A DNA stretch of 64,000 nucleotides, from NCBI GenBank assembly GCA_051294375.1, contig CM119267.1:6313992-6377991 (forward strand). Reading direction: 5' to 3'. Under the pieces are notes generated by a model. The model was given only the letters and a program-made list of their open reading frames with translations. It was not told the DNA's origin and did not search any database. Made by a program: the position numbers and the translations under genes. The stretch comes from Paraspadella gotoi. Lineage: Eukaryota > Animalia > Chaetognatha. This document shows positions 11,891 to 24,328 of this stretch, one piece after another. Each line of letters opens with the position of its first letter. Within the stretch, counting starts at the first letter, position 1.

Positions 11891-14167
11891 GGACAACCGG
11901 TTGAAATCCTGCTTTCGCTTTTGCACTTGGACTTAATGTGTTGGACTTATCGGACGACAGTGAATAATTTATTTACACAATCGCCTAAGACAATTTTTAT
12001 TTATTTTATATTATTATCGGTAAGTAGGATGGATCGACTGGATTTTTGTTTCTAACACTATTGTGTTGTTTTTTTGTAGTTTGCTTTTTTTTAGTTGTTT
12101 TTCGTTATGGCTCAAAAAATTTAGATTCGAATTTTTTATTCTATTAATTAGTATATTAAAAAAGAATAAAAATTGTTTTTTTCCAGATATACTTTTAGTC
12201 GTGATGTCAAGCTTAGAAAATTTATCTTTTTCTCTCTTTTGCTTTTTTTGACTTTGTTATCCTTATCATATTAATTATTATTTTGCTTGTTTTTAAAGAC
12301 AAATTACCAAAGAAAAATTACCGTTTCGTAAAATTATTTTCGAAGCTATAAACATTAATACATCTGTTTAACCTTGTTGGCGCCGAATTGAAATAAATTT
12401 GATGCTTTGCAGTTTAGAGAAAAAGATCTATTTTCTACCGTCATTGTCCTTTTTTGCAAAAAGTGACATCATTTTCGTTTTTTTTTTGTTTTTTTTTCGT
12501 TTTACCCAGATTTTTATTGCTCCTTTTAAAGATATTTAATGATAATCGGAGATTTTATTATTACTACTCCAACGTATGATTACTTTTGTCAACTGCAATT
12601 TGATTATCAAGTGTACATCTTTATAATCCGGCCGCTCAGCTATCCAATGTGAACTTCATTGACATTGTAGCACCGATCTCGTATTTTTCTTTGTCTGATA
12701 CTATCAGCATTATGAAACAAAAGCGTTTTTGTTGATGATGGAATTAATTTTCGGTCTACTGCGCGGAAACATCACTCTAATCGGCGTTGCTTTGCTTTGG
12801 TGGAAATTTAGAAATTCTCAAATTTACTGGCTTGTATTGTCCTGTAAGGTTAGAGCACTGGTCAGTTGTTGACTGATCTGGATAATCATTGCCCTAAAAA
12901 AAAGACATGATTTGTGGCAAACGCTGCAACTATCGCTAAGATGAGTAATTTTTGTCGGTGTTGTAAATTAAGTGCTTAATTTTATTTGCGTACACTTTAA
13001 TACAGTTGACAAATGAGATGAATTCTTCAGCCTTAGAGCTGACGTTGCCATTTTTTCTCCCACCACAGTGTTAATCTCGCTCTCTCATTTTTACCCCCTT
13101 TTATTTCTTTTTGTTTATTGGTAATAAAAATTGTATCACAGTCCTAAGCATTTTTTGTTGGTCGTAAGATTAAAATCATGAATACAGATCGGCCTAGTCA
13201 GATTAAACATTAATTTCTTTTAAATATGTCGCTAAAGTAGCTATTTGAAGTTAATTAGATAACTTCATTATCATTACATGAAGTTAAAACACCGTTCTGT
13301 GAAAAACGCTTTTAATTTTTTATCATTAGATGAGTTGCAAATACATGAAAATCCATTGAACGAAGTGCAGTGATTTTGGTAATTGTATATATTAAAAAGT
13401 GAGTTTAACAACATAGACTGGCAACGATTGAATCAAAATGCAGCATGACTTTTCTAAGATATTGGAATAGTGTCCCAGAAGCTTAATAAAATCGGTGCAT
13501 GAGTGTCAAATAATTTAGAAATACACCCTGTACACAAGAAGCAAACCTTCGGCTTAATTTTTCATATTTTGAAATTAAATAATAGGTACCAACAGGGTTT
13601 CTGTTAAGTTGCGTTTTATATAATATTATATATTATTATTATTATTTTATTGGAAACATCTCCGCTTCTTAAAAGTTTTTTTTCCTAATGTGAATAAAAG
13701 ATCTTCGGGAGACGACGCACAATAATTTTGAGTAAACGAGAAAAATGAGCAATAGGAAGAATTTTTCTGTGACTTACTATACTGTAGAGGTTTATAGGTG
13801 TTCGAGGTGTTCAAAAAGCTATAAAATCTCTTGCCGTCAATTAGTCCTTTACATTAATTGAAAGATAAATGATCGCCTAAGGCGTTTAGAACAATTTTTA
13901 AGCATTTAAAATGGAGTAAACCCGTGTCAATAACGGATCATTAAAGTAGGAGAAAAGTGTGACCGATTAATATCCTGTTTTGCGTACCGTGGTATCATGA
14001 CAACTTTTATTTTACGTTTTGCGTACTAGAGTAAATCGTCATACAATTGAGATAAAAGAGAAAGGGGGAGAGTAAACGAGAAAAAGAGAAAATAGCCTAA
14101 TAGGGTCTAAGAGGCCGGGTGGGACGTCTGTTTTTTTCTTAATCATCATGATATGTCTTGACAGGCA

Positions 14168-17100
14168 TCAGGCATTTGAACAATCGATCTCGACTATGTC
14201 CTTTGGCACTTCCGCAAATTGGTAAACGAGTCGCTGCCCGTCCACTTTGTTTAAAATTCCGCGCGCATAGTAGTATCTAGAAAGAAAACCGTTTCGGAGT
14301 GTTTACGATGGAATTTATCCGGCTTGGGTGGCGTCCTAAGTTTATTAGAGAAGTTTTCTTACCTTAAGGCGCGCCCCATGGTTTCGTAATTCATGTCTGG
14401 CTTGTTCTTGTGCACGCCCCAAAGTCGGGATACGGCTTTGGAGTCGACAAGCTTGAATATTCCGCTCGACCTATTGGTCCACTTTATGTAGCGCGGGCAG
14501 GTATCTTTGTTTTGGAGCAGTTGTAGTAAAAATTCCCAGAGATAAGTGGTACCGCCTTTTGTGAAAAAAATATTGCTGTTAATAGATGTCGCCAGTAAAG
14601 GAACATGGTGAAAAAAGTTTCTCACTTTCTCTCGTTTTGCGTCGCATTGGTCCTCGTTGCAAGTCCAGCGGATCTCTATGACGTCGACCTGAGAGGCAAT
14701 GACAAATCGCGGATCACTTATTTGAGCATACATTTTTATATAGTAAAAAATTTAAGGAAATTTTTGTTAGCTTTTCCTCTCACCTCTGGAAAGTTTGTTT
14801 CGTTTATGAACGGCAGTAATCCCCGAGACCGAAGACAAACCCACGGAGCCTGGGGGCGAAAGGAGCGGGTGTTGGGGAAGGTTGTGGCTAGAGTGGCTCA
14901 GGTCTCGTGGCGGGGTTGTGGGAGGAGTGGACAAGAATCTCTCCGGCGACAACCATGAAGAGAGAGATGCTCCGTTCACGCCCCCCACCGGCCCCATCCC
15001 GCGAAGTGTAAACAGGGGGTCGAATCCGTGGGGCGAATCTGCGAGGAAGAGACGAATTGTATTCTTTAATTAATAGAATGATTCGCAAAGACATATTTCA
15101 TAATACATGTACTCACGATCTCTACCTGGTTTGACGGTCAGGTTGAGCGGTTGACTCTGCGGTGGAAAGAAGGCGGGATGAGGTGTTGGGGAGGCGCCGC
15201 GTGTCGCCGACGTCGAATGTTGGGGATCGGATTTCGCTGCCGCCGACGACGACGCCGCCGACGTGGGCGGGATCAAGGCTGCCGCCGCGCCAGAAGAAGC
15301 CGCCGCCAATCGGTGCGACAACAGAACCGCCGACGCGGAAGAAAGACCGGCGAGATACGAAGGCGGAACTGAAGCGAAATAAGAAAAACCCCGCCAAGTC
15401 TTTAAAAAGTCCCGAATTTCAATGGAAAACTTTTGTGCGTCCGCCACGGGCGTCGCGAGCGTGGAGAAAATACCCGAGGAACCAAAAAACCTCCCCCCTT
15501 CATTTTTCTATTCTTTTCCTTTCTCTCTTTCCGACCGAAGAAAATTATGATTTTTAAATTTAGCACTTTTTCGGGAAACCGAAAAGAATGGAATTTCATT
15601 ATTTCCATATTTCCCTCGCGACGTATATATATGCGGCACGGTTCCATTCTCCCGGTCTCTTCCTTGATAGAAAATTATAACGAGAGAACATTAAGGAAGC
15701 TATCATCATTTATGGTCTAAATTCACCGCCCGTCATCGCGCCATTTGAAATAAAAGCACGCGGCTCCCGATACTCTCTGGTTCAGCGAGATATGTATTGT
15801 TTTAAGAAGACATTCGTAGATTAAAGTTGATGTGGATTTGTTAGGTCATAAATTATTCCACTTTCCCTTTGCTTCTTCCTGACTTTGTTTCTCCTCCAAA
15901 CCCATCTCTATTTCTGTTTTTCCCCATAAACAAAGACCTTCCCTATCCTCCTCCAAAGTCGCCCTAAAGGGTTCAAACGAAAGGTCACGTGACGGAATAA
16001 AACCTCGTTGCCGTGGAAACGGGAATCGCGTATAATCGCGCTTCCATTCACGCTTTCGAGGAAATGGGGGAGGGAGGAATGAGGAAGAGGAGCGGAAGCA
16101 TAGCGCCGAAAGTGGACGAGGAAGAGCGCTTCTGATAGAAAAGGAGGAAGAGGACTTTTTTTTTCCCTTTTTGGCCGCGATGAGGAAGCGAGACGGAAAA
16201 AGGGAGGAAGGGGGCGAAAAACAGGGTGAGGGGAAATGCGACTCGTCGAGGAGGAAGACAAACTTGAGCGGGGAGCGAGAAAGAGAGAAATTTTCGACGG
16301 GCTTAATTATCTCAACCTCGTCATCTACGCGGAGCTTTAAATGGATTCTTCTTAGCAGATCCTTTCCTCTCTTTTTTTTTTCTTCCTCCCCTTTCTAACC
16401 TCCATCATTGACTTTATTTTACACCTTTAATTTATTCATTTTATTTTTTATTATTGTTCGTTCATAAATATTTAATTTCCATTCATTTCTTTCTTAAAAA
16501 AATTACTTTCCTTTTTTTCTCTGTTTTTCATCTCTCCCATTTTTACATATTATTTTCCTTACTTTTTATCTTTCATTTTTTTTCCACCTTCCATCTCCGA
16601 GGGAGATTCTCTATCCCTCTTTTTCTTCCCCCTTCCTCCTCATCTCTCGGTAATTTACTTTCCCCTTCAGTTTCTCCATTACTCTTTTACCCTCATCATC
16701 TCAAAGTTTCAGTTCTTTTGAATATCAAATTAACTTTTAAAATCCCGCCTCGGATTCGAAGGCGTGAATGAAAATCTCTTTTTTTTTAAAGAAGAAAAAA
16801 GAAGGCTACGAACTTTTTTTTTATTCTTTGCTCTTGAGTCAGCTCTTTTTTTTCTGGCCGAAGGAGGAGGGAAGCGTGAACTGTCCCAATTTCTAGTCCT
16901 AACTCTCCCCCCCCCAAAAAAAAAGAAAAAAAAACCCCTCATTTTTCGACCATAATTAAAAAACGATAAACTTAGTCGTTCTTGAATAAGTATTTGAGCC
17001 ATCCCTCCATCCCCCCTCTCACTTTGGCAAAAAAAAAAAAAAATTCTCGGCAACTCGTCTCAAATCTATTTCCGGTCCTTCAAAAGAAAAAAAACCTGGA

Positions 17101-19128
17101 ATTGTGGGCGTTGCCCTTTTCCTTTTCGAGAAAAAAAAAGCCCTGTGTGGGGGGGGGGAGAGGACGGGGCAAAGAAATACTCACACGAATAGAGAAACTG
17201 AGCGCGAGCGTGCCCGTCGTCGGTCCCTCCCTCCAGATCAGAGACGCCGGAATCCGCCGGACTGGGCGGAAGTGCCGCTGCACGGGTAGGCGTGGTTCGC
17301 AGGGGAAGAGGGTTAGTGTCGGAAGTAGCGACGTAGTGAGGAACCGGAAATAAAAATCGTCGGGCGCCAACGAGGAAGGAACATGAAAAAAGAGAAAAAG
17401 ATATGAATTATTCCGAAATTCAAGTGGGAATGAAAAGATATATTTTTATGCAATGAATCACTTTTTTTTTTTTACTACAACCGATGAAGATGTTCATTTT
17501 TGGTCATCTTCTTTCAGTTTCTCGCTTCGTATTCTTTAGTTTTTTCATTATGGAAGTTTTCCTAATCTTCATCCCAATGGAGTCGTAAATTTACAAGTCC
17601 TTTTCCCATTGAACATTTTTCATTTCTTCCTGATCTCCCACTTCCCCCCCCTTATTCCTCCCCTCTCCCTCTTATATTCGACTCTCGACTCAGCGCCGCT
17701 CTGATCTTTATCTCCATCTCTTTTCCGCCGCGCGCCATCGAGGATGGCCGTCGGCATCCTCTTCGGTGCCGCGCGTCCCATATGGGCCGATTTTCCACGG
17801 CGTTGAAGCGCTTGACGCGACGCGACACGTGCGCGGGATCCGTGTCGACGACTCCACATCCCCGCCCTTCCCAACATCCCACTTTCGTGAAATCGAGAGA
17901 GAAAGAGAGAAAGAGAGACAGAACCAACCAACCTCTTACAGCTTCTATAACATGACTTAAACGCTCTTTTCCTGTTGTATTTTATCTACTCTTCCAATAT
18001 TTTTCCTTTCTTTTCTCCCCTCATGCCCTCATGCCCTCTCCCTATTTTATTCTCCCCTATTCCCTTTACCCATCCCACCCCTGCCTTCCAACGCTTCAGC
18101 GATTCGCTCGCCGCGATTAACATTCGATTCCCGCGGGGCGCACGGCGACGTCAGCGTCAACATCCGAGTCGGATCGACGGAGATGTCGTTTCACGACGGG
18201 AAACGGAAATCCTCTTTATTCATTTGGCGTCGATTAAGATCGATCACGAGTGGGTTAACTCGTAATCACGAAGGTTCGAGGTGATTGTCTTAATACATGT
18301 TTTTTTATTGACCTATTTTATGTATTACAGAGATTGAAAAACGCCGTCTGACAGGTCGATTATTTAACAAACCCTGATTGCCCTTACCTGGGTTGTTGGC
18401 GAGGTGGGTCAATGGATTCAGCGGCAGCCGATGACTAGCGACGAATTGGGACATGAGGCGTGACTGTTGCAGTTGATTCAGGAAGGGGGAGAGGGAGTCG
18501 AGGGTGGACTGGGAGGCGGAGGAAGAAGGGAGGAAGCCGTGAAATTTGGAGGAGAAGAGGGAGGAGAACGCGGAGGACGACGACGACGACGACGACGACG
18601 AGATCACAGGTTTCGACATTTTCGAATGATAATGAAGATTGAGGGAGGAGAGGATGTGTGGAAAGGAAAGGTGGGGTGGGACATGACGCGGGGGCGAGGC
18701 TGGGGACGGCGGCGAAGGAGACCGGGGCGTCCGTCCGGGCGAGTCCTCGCCGGAACGGCCCGGCGAATCGCCGCCGGACCGTGACGCCGATGCCGCGCCG
18801 ACGGGAGACTTTCGGTCGCCGCCCGAATGGCAGGAGACGCGGTCCAGCGGAAACTCTTCCACGCCCACTTCCGGTTCCTCGTCCGACGTCGTGGGATCGT
18901 CGTCTTTGACGTCGTCCGCGTCGGACTTGGCGTCTCTTTCGGCGGCGGCGTCGTCGGGCACGGCGACGGAGTCTCCCGCGCGAGGGAGATTGAGAAGAGC
19001 CAGAGTGGCGAGATGGTGGAGGCGGCTCTGCTGGGATCCGTCATCGTCGTCGTCGTCGTCGTCTTCGCCCCGGGATCGTCGTCGTCGTAAGAATTCCAAG
19101 CCGCAAGAATCCATGGCTGGCGTGTTCA
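14168..19128 (-). CDS. E74: E74/ELF-family ETS transcription factor; exons (- strand) 19128-18388, 15368-15126, 15038-14784, 14555-14363, 14276-14168; further 5' exons possible
   Basis: The spliced product ends [107 protein letters not shown]. This is an ELF-type ETS domain with the E74-like VPKDI.EIDC tail. All junctions are GT-AG and phase-compatible (1,1,1,2). Upstream exons are S/P/A/D-rich low-complexity sequence. Confidence 0.9.
17247..17351 (+). promoter_or_regulatory. Cluster of ETS-type CGGAA(G/A/T) motifs in an E74 intron
   Basis: CCGGAAT (17247), GCGGAAGT (17266), TCGGAAGT (17319) and ACCGGAAAT (17343), all in the same orientation within a GC-rich island. Confidence 0.4.
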
Positions 19129-19489
19129 CTGCGTAAATAGGGAAGAAAAATATTTAATAATTATATTAATTATAATTTAATTAATTATAAATTCGAGCAA
19201 AGAAATGACTAAAAATCAAAAGACTTCGATGATTTCAATTCCGAATTCGAAATTAATTTTAGTTGAATTAAAGTTAGGAAAAGAAAAAAGCCAACAAATT
19301 ATTTGTTTTTCTTTTATAAATCTCTCTCGACCCCTCGGCCATCTCGATTGACCGCCCCGAGCGAGCGGATGAGTAATGAACCCTCTATTAGCGAGAACCC
19401 GTCACGGATAATTTGACCCAAATGTTCTCGATTCTTTTGTGGACAGAGGGGTCGTTCATCTCGTCGACGCCGACCGCCCGCTCCTCTTC

Positions 19490-19520
<31 letters not shown>

Positions 19521-22500
19521 CTCTCCGACCTTGAGCGATGAGAGTTCCTCACAAAAGAATCGCAGAATCGTCAAAGAATCACGATTCACGTCCAAACGAG
19601 TTTTAATCTCCTTTCCGAGTTACGAATTGATTAGGAGTCAGTAGAGCGACGAACTTGCATCTCCGATCTCGTAAAATCTATTTTCTTTTCTCGCTCGTCA
19701 TTTGAGATTTCCCTTCGTCTTGGAGATTTTCTTTTATTCAATTTTGAAGAATGACTTCTGACTTTCACTTTGGCTCTTTTCCTTTTAACCTCAAGAAGTT
19801 TGTTTCTTTACGCTCTGTCTGTCTTTCTCTGTCTTTTTCTCTGCTCTCACTCTCTCTCTCGCTCGCTCGCGCGTTATGAGTGCCTTTTTTCCCCTCTACC
19901 TTGTATGTACGTAATTGTAAAGCATCAGACGAATCATCCACGAATCAACTGCCTTCGCTTCTCCCCAATAAATACCGATTATTCTTTCCCTAATCTCCCT
20001 GGCCCTCTCAGGGCCTCTGCAGGCCCTCTCCTTTCTTTTGCCACCCCGACCCGAGAAAAAAAAAAGAAAAGATGAAGGGGCCGGCCTGAAACATCCGCCG
20101 GCTTTGGCCTTCCACCTTGTGAACTTTTTCGACTATCAAAGGAAGTCATCAACGCCATCAGGACCCATTCTTATTCTTAAGCCTTCCATTTACTCCGGCA
20201 TCCACTCTGGCCCTCCTTTCTTTTCGCCACGTCAGTGTCTCGCTCTCGCTCTCGCTCTCCACCATCTCCCTCTCTCCTTTTTGCTGGTGATCGTAAAGCA
20301 AAAAGGGGGGCGTAATTCTTCCCGGTTCCATCGCCCAACGACCATCGCGTTGCAACCATGAATGCGCGTGATCTACAATTTCGCGATGTGCGTATCGCTG
20401 AAAGGGTCTTCGAATTTATCCAAATCACACAAATTATATATATTATAATTATATTTACAACCATGAGATCGACTTGAAACAAAAAATCGTTAAAAATTTA
20501 AGGAAGCCGTTCTTGCATGGAATGCTTCGTCCGCGACCGTTTGCGCCCGGGGAATGAAGGAAGCGTCTGGAGTTTTAGACGCCATTGTTATTCATAATCT
20601 CGTCGAATTCAACTGACCCTAAAGGAACTCTTAAGGAACCGAGTCTCTCTCAGTCTCCCTCTCCTCTTCTCTCCCCTCTGGCGCTCTCTTAAAAAAAAAA
20701 AAAAAAAAAAAAAGAAAGAAGTTTCTGTAGAAAAAAAAAGCGATTTGGTGTTTACGCCAAACTTCTTCCAAACTTCTTGGTTGTAAAAAAAAAAGATTTT
20801 TCTTCTTCTCTAGGACTGGGAGCCGACTCGCGATGCCCTTCACTGGTTTTAGTGCAGGAGGAAGACGAATCCATCATTGGAAAGAACGTTTTACTTTTTT
20901 ATTTTTTTTAATGTTTATTCATTATTTATTTATTTGTTTAAGGACGAATCGATTCTTTTAGATTTAATTTTTTTTTCATCGTCTTTGAGGCTGAGAGAAA
21001 AAAAAGTCGCTGATCGAGTCTGGTTGATTTAAAACCGGATGGCATCGGCGATGGAGTCTCTGGCATCGGCGTCGTTTCTTCGCTTCCTCCTCCGCACCGG
21101 AGGAACCGAGCGCGCGCGTGGGTTCCATTCATCGTCGCCGCTCGTCCTCTTCCTCCCTCTCTCCCCCCCTCTTTCTTCCTTCTCCCCCCTCTTCCTCCTT
21201 AAACCCCTTTTTCACAACCCTCACCCCCTTCTCCCGACTCCTCTTTCAGAAATCCATCGACGCCATGGGGCGGAAGAGGCCGTCGCCGTCTCCCGACCCC
21301 CATCTTCCGAGTTGACCAAGAATAAGTAAAAAAAAAAAAAAAGGGAACGAAAAAAAAAGGGAGGAATCATCCAAGAATCCGCCTTCGCCTCCCTTCCTCT
21401 GCGACTCTCTCTCTCTCTGTGTCCCTATTCACTCTCTCTCTATCCCTCTCCCTTCCATCTCGTCTCTCATGGAACCGAGAAACCGGCGGCGGGATGGAGA
21501 AGATGGCCTGGGGCAGTTCCGACGACCATTACGGAGCAGAGCCAAGAATGAAAGCGTAAGAGAATGGCGACAATTAAGGACCCGCGCGCTTCTTAGGGGC
21601 GACGAAGACGACGAAGACGACGACAACGACGAAGGCGAGAGGAGGAAGAGGACGAGGAGAGCGTTTCGAGGACAAAGGCGACGACAATGACGGAGGCGGT
21701 CACGGGTAAACGCGCACGGTTATGGGCCTCCCCCGTTTGAAACCCCGAGTCGGCGGGGGAGGATAAAAATGGAGGGTGGGGGGAGGACGTGGGGGTGGAG
21801 AAAGATATGGGAGAGAGAGAGAGAGAGAGAGACGCCAGAGAAAGCGAGAAAAATGAAAAAGATACACACGCCTAACGGTTTTCCCCGGCCGGTCGCCCTA
21901 TGCGCGTATCTCTTTCGTCCTCCCCGCTACTCGGGGACCGACAAAGAGAGCGAGACGGTCGTTAATACGAGGTGTAGTGGCTTCATTTCGTATCGTGAGC
22001 CGCCGCGGATGTGTGTATCCATTTCTCCGTCTGTACGTCACTCCCTCTCTATTTCTCTGTCTCTCACGCTCGCTCTATCGCTTTCCGAGAGAACCAAAGA
22101 AAAAGCGAGAGAGAGAGAGAGAGAAAAGAAAAGAAAGAACGAAAGAAAAAAGGAATATTCCGTTCCTTCGCGAGTAAAAATGAACTGATGACACACAGTG
22201 CATGGAAGCGGAAAAAGCGCGTAGTTTTCGGAGTCAAAGGTTTCGGGGAACCAACAATTTTTTTTTATGCCTCGATTCTTTTTTCGGGTCGACGGAAAGA
22301 CGGGGGCGGGTGGAGGGAAAGGGGGATGGGGGGATGTGGAGGGGGAGCGTGAAAGGGCGGGATGTGGAGGGGAATGCGCATGGGGGAAGACGAAGGGTAG
22401 TTGTCGCCCTCGGGTTGGGAGGAAAGGCGAAAGAGTAAAATCCTTTGATTCCATCTTGAATTGAATTGGTATATACAATATCTAATTATGAATCGAGTGA

Positions 22501-22803
22501 TTTTGATAGATTAATTGATTCCGTTGCTTTTATTCGGTACGATTATTAATAATGTTTATTTGTCAAATTGAGATGAAAGGCCGAAATTTGCAAGAGCTGC
22601 TCACGGGGAGGGGAGGGGATCTTCGTCGTCTGTCTGACTCTGAGTTGACTCGATCGATTTTTGCGATTTTGCATCGAGGAGAGACGAGGGGGAGAAGAGA
22701 GGGGTTGGTTCGATGGCGTGGAAAGATGGTTGGTGGAACCGAGAAAAAGGAGGAAAACAGAAAAAAAAATGGATAAGCGAAAGAATATAAAAAGAAAAAT
22801 GAA

Positions 22804-22806
<3 letters not shown>

Positions 22807-22886
<80 letters not shown>

Positions 22887-22955
22887 AATTCGTTTTTCAT
22901 CGTCGACGCTTCTCACGAATTCAATGAAAAAAAGTCTTTTGAGGCGGCTTCTTCT

Positions 22956-23038
<83 letters not shown>

Positions 23039-23044
23039 CTCTCT
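22807..23044. repeat. (CT)n/(GA)n microsatellites
   Basis: Two long CT tracts read directly; representative of dozens of such tracts between 19 and 64 kb. Confidence 0.9.
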
Positions 23045-24288
23045 TCGAGCGACGACATAAAACTCGCGGAAAAAAAAATCAATCGAGACGAGTTCGTGTG
23101 AAGTCGTCCACGCAAAATCGCACCCGTATTTGCACGTTACGTGTGAGTGTAAGTCCTTGAAACGGAAAACATAGGTTGTTGTAGATCCGGTGAAACGGAA
23201 CTTGCGCAGTGAGATATTTTACTTTTTGGCCCAAATTAAAGAACAATAAGTTTAGCATGAAAAACCCAAAGCCGAAAGGACAGTGAAATAATTTAACGTG
23301 AAAATTCTTTACACGATTACAGCGTGAGTCTTCGAAAACAGAGAAGTTTCTTTTTAATATCAGTAAAATATTACTTTGAATATTATTTTAACTTATTCAT
23401 TAATTAATTCTTTTATTCATTTATTAAACAATTTTCTGGGCGTACGACGCTTGGACGCCCCAATCGCGACGCCGATTTTCCCCATCCATCCCCCTCCCTA
23501 AACAAAAAAATTTTCTCAGCGTCGCCGGCGATTTGAAAGCAATTTTGGCCGAGGGCGAAAAAGTCATAAATTTTTATCGTTTTGGCTCCGATTGTCTCTC
23601 ATTCATAATCGCGGGGAAAGAAAAACTTGTGGGCGCCGGCGGACGACGCCGACGAACGCCGCTGGCAACGACCCTCGCCCGCCGACGACGACGCCGGGGC
23701 CAGCGACGCGAAAAAAAAGGCCCCGGGAAAGACGCCGCGGGCGAAAGCGAGAGAGAGACAGAGAGAGCGTCTGAAATCGATTTCTGAACGTCGTCTTTGC
23801 CCGCCAAAAGCCGACACCTACACGAAACGCGTGGGCGGAAAAGAGAGAAAAGAAAAAAACCCCAGCCGTGGACGCCATGTTGGATTCCGCGGCATTTTCG
23901 GGTCCGACGCCTCATTTTGGTTATCTCCTGCGTCCTTGTTGAAGCTCAGAGTGTCTGTCTTTCGCTTACAATCTCAATGTCGATGACTCCCTTTCCCGCT
24001 CTGGCTGGGGTCTCTGACTCTATTCCTTGCAAACCTCCAAATTTGTAAGTACTTTGTTATATCTTTTCCAATCTCAGTTTTAATCTTATATTGTTCTGAC
24101 TTTTACCAACTTTCACTAGCTTCGCTCACAGAAAATTCTTAAATTCTTCGTCACTTGCTCCCCTCCTCAAACAACCCATTCCACTCGCCCTCATGTCCCC
24201 CTCGCGTTNNNNNNNNNNTCTCTCTCTTCCCCAAAAATCGATTTCATGGCGTCGAGAGGGAGGAAACGACGGTTTTGTGGATCCCCAA

Positions 24289-24328
<40 letters not shown>

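Noticed and set aside
13518-13532. AATACACCCTGTA resembling a Tc1/mariner TIR end
   Set aside because: No partner TIR was found nearby.
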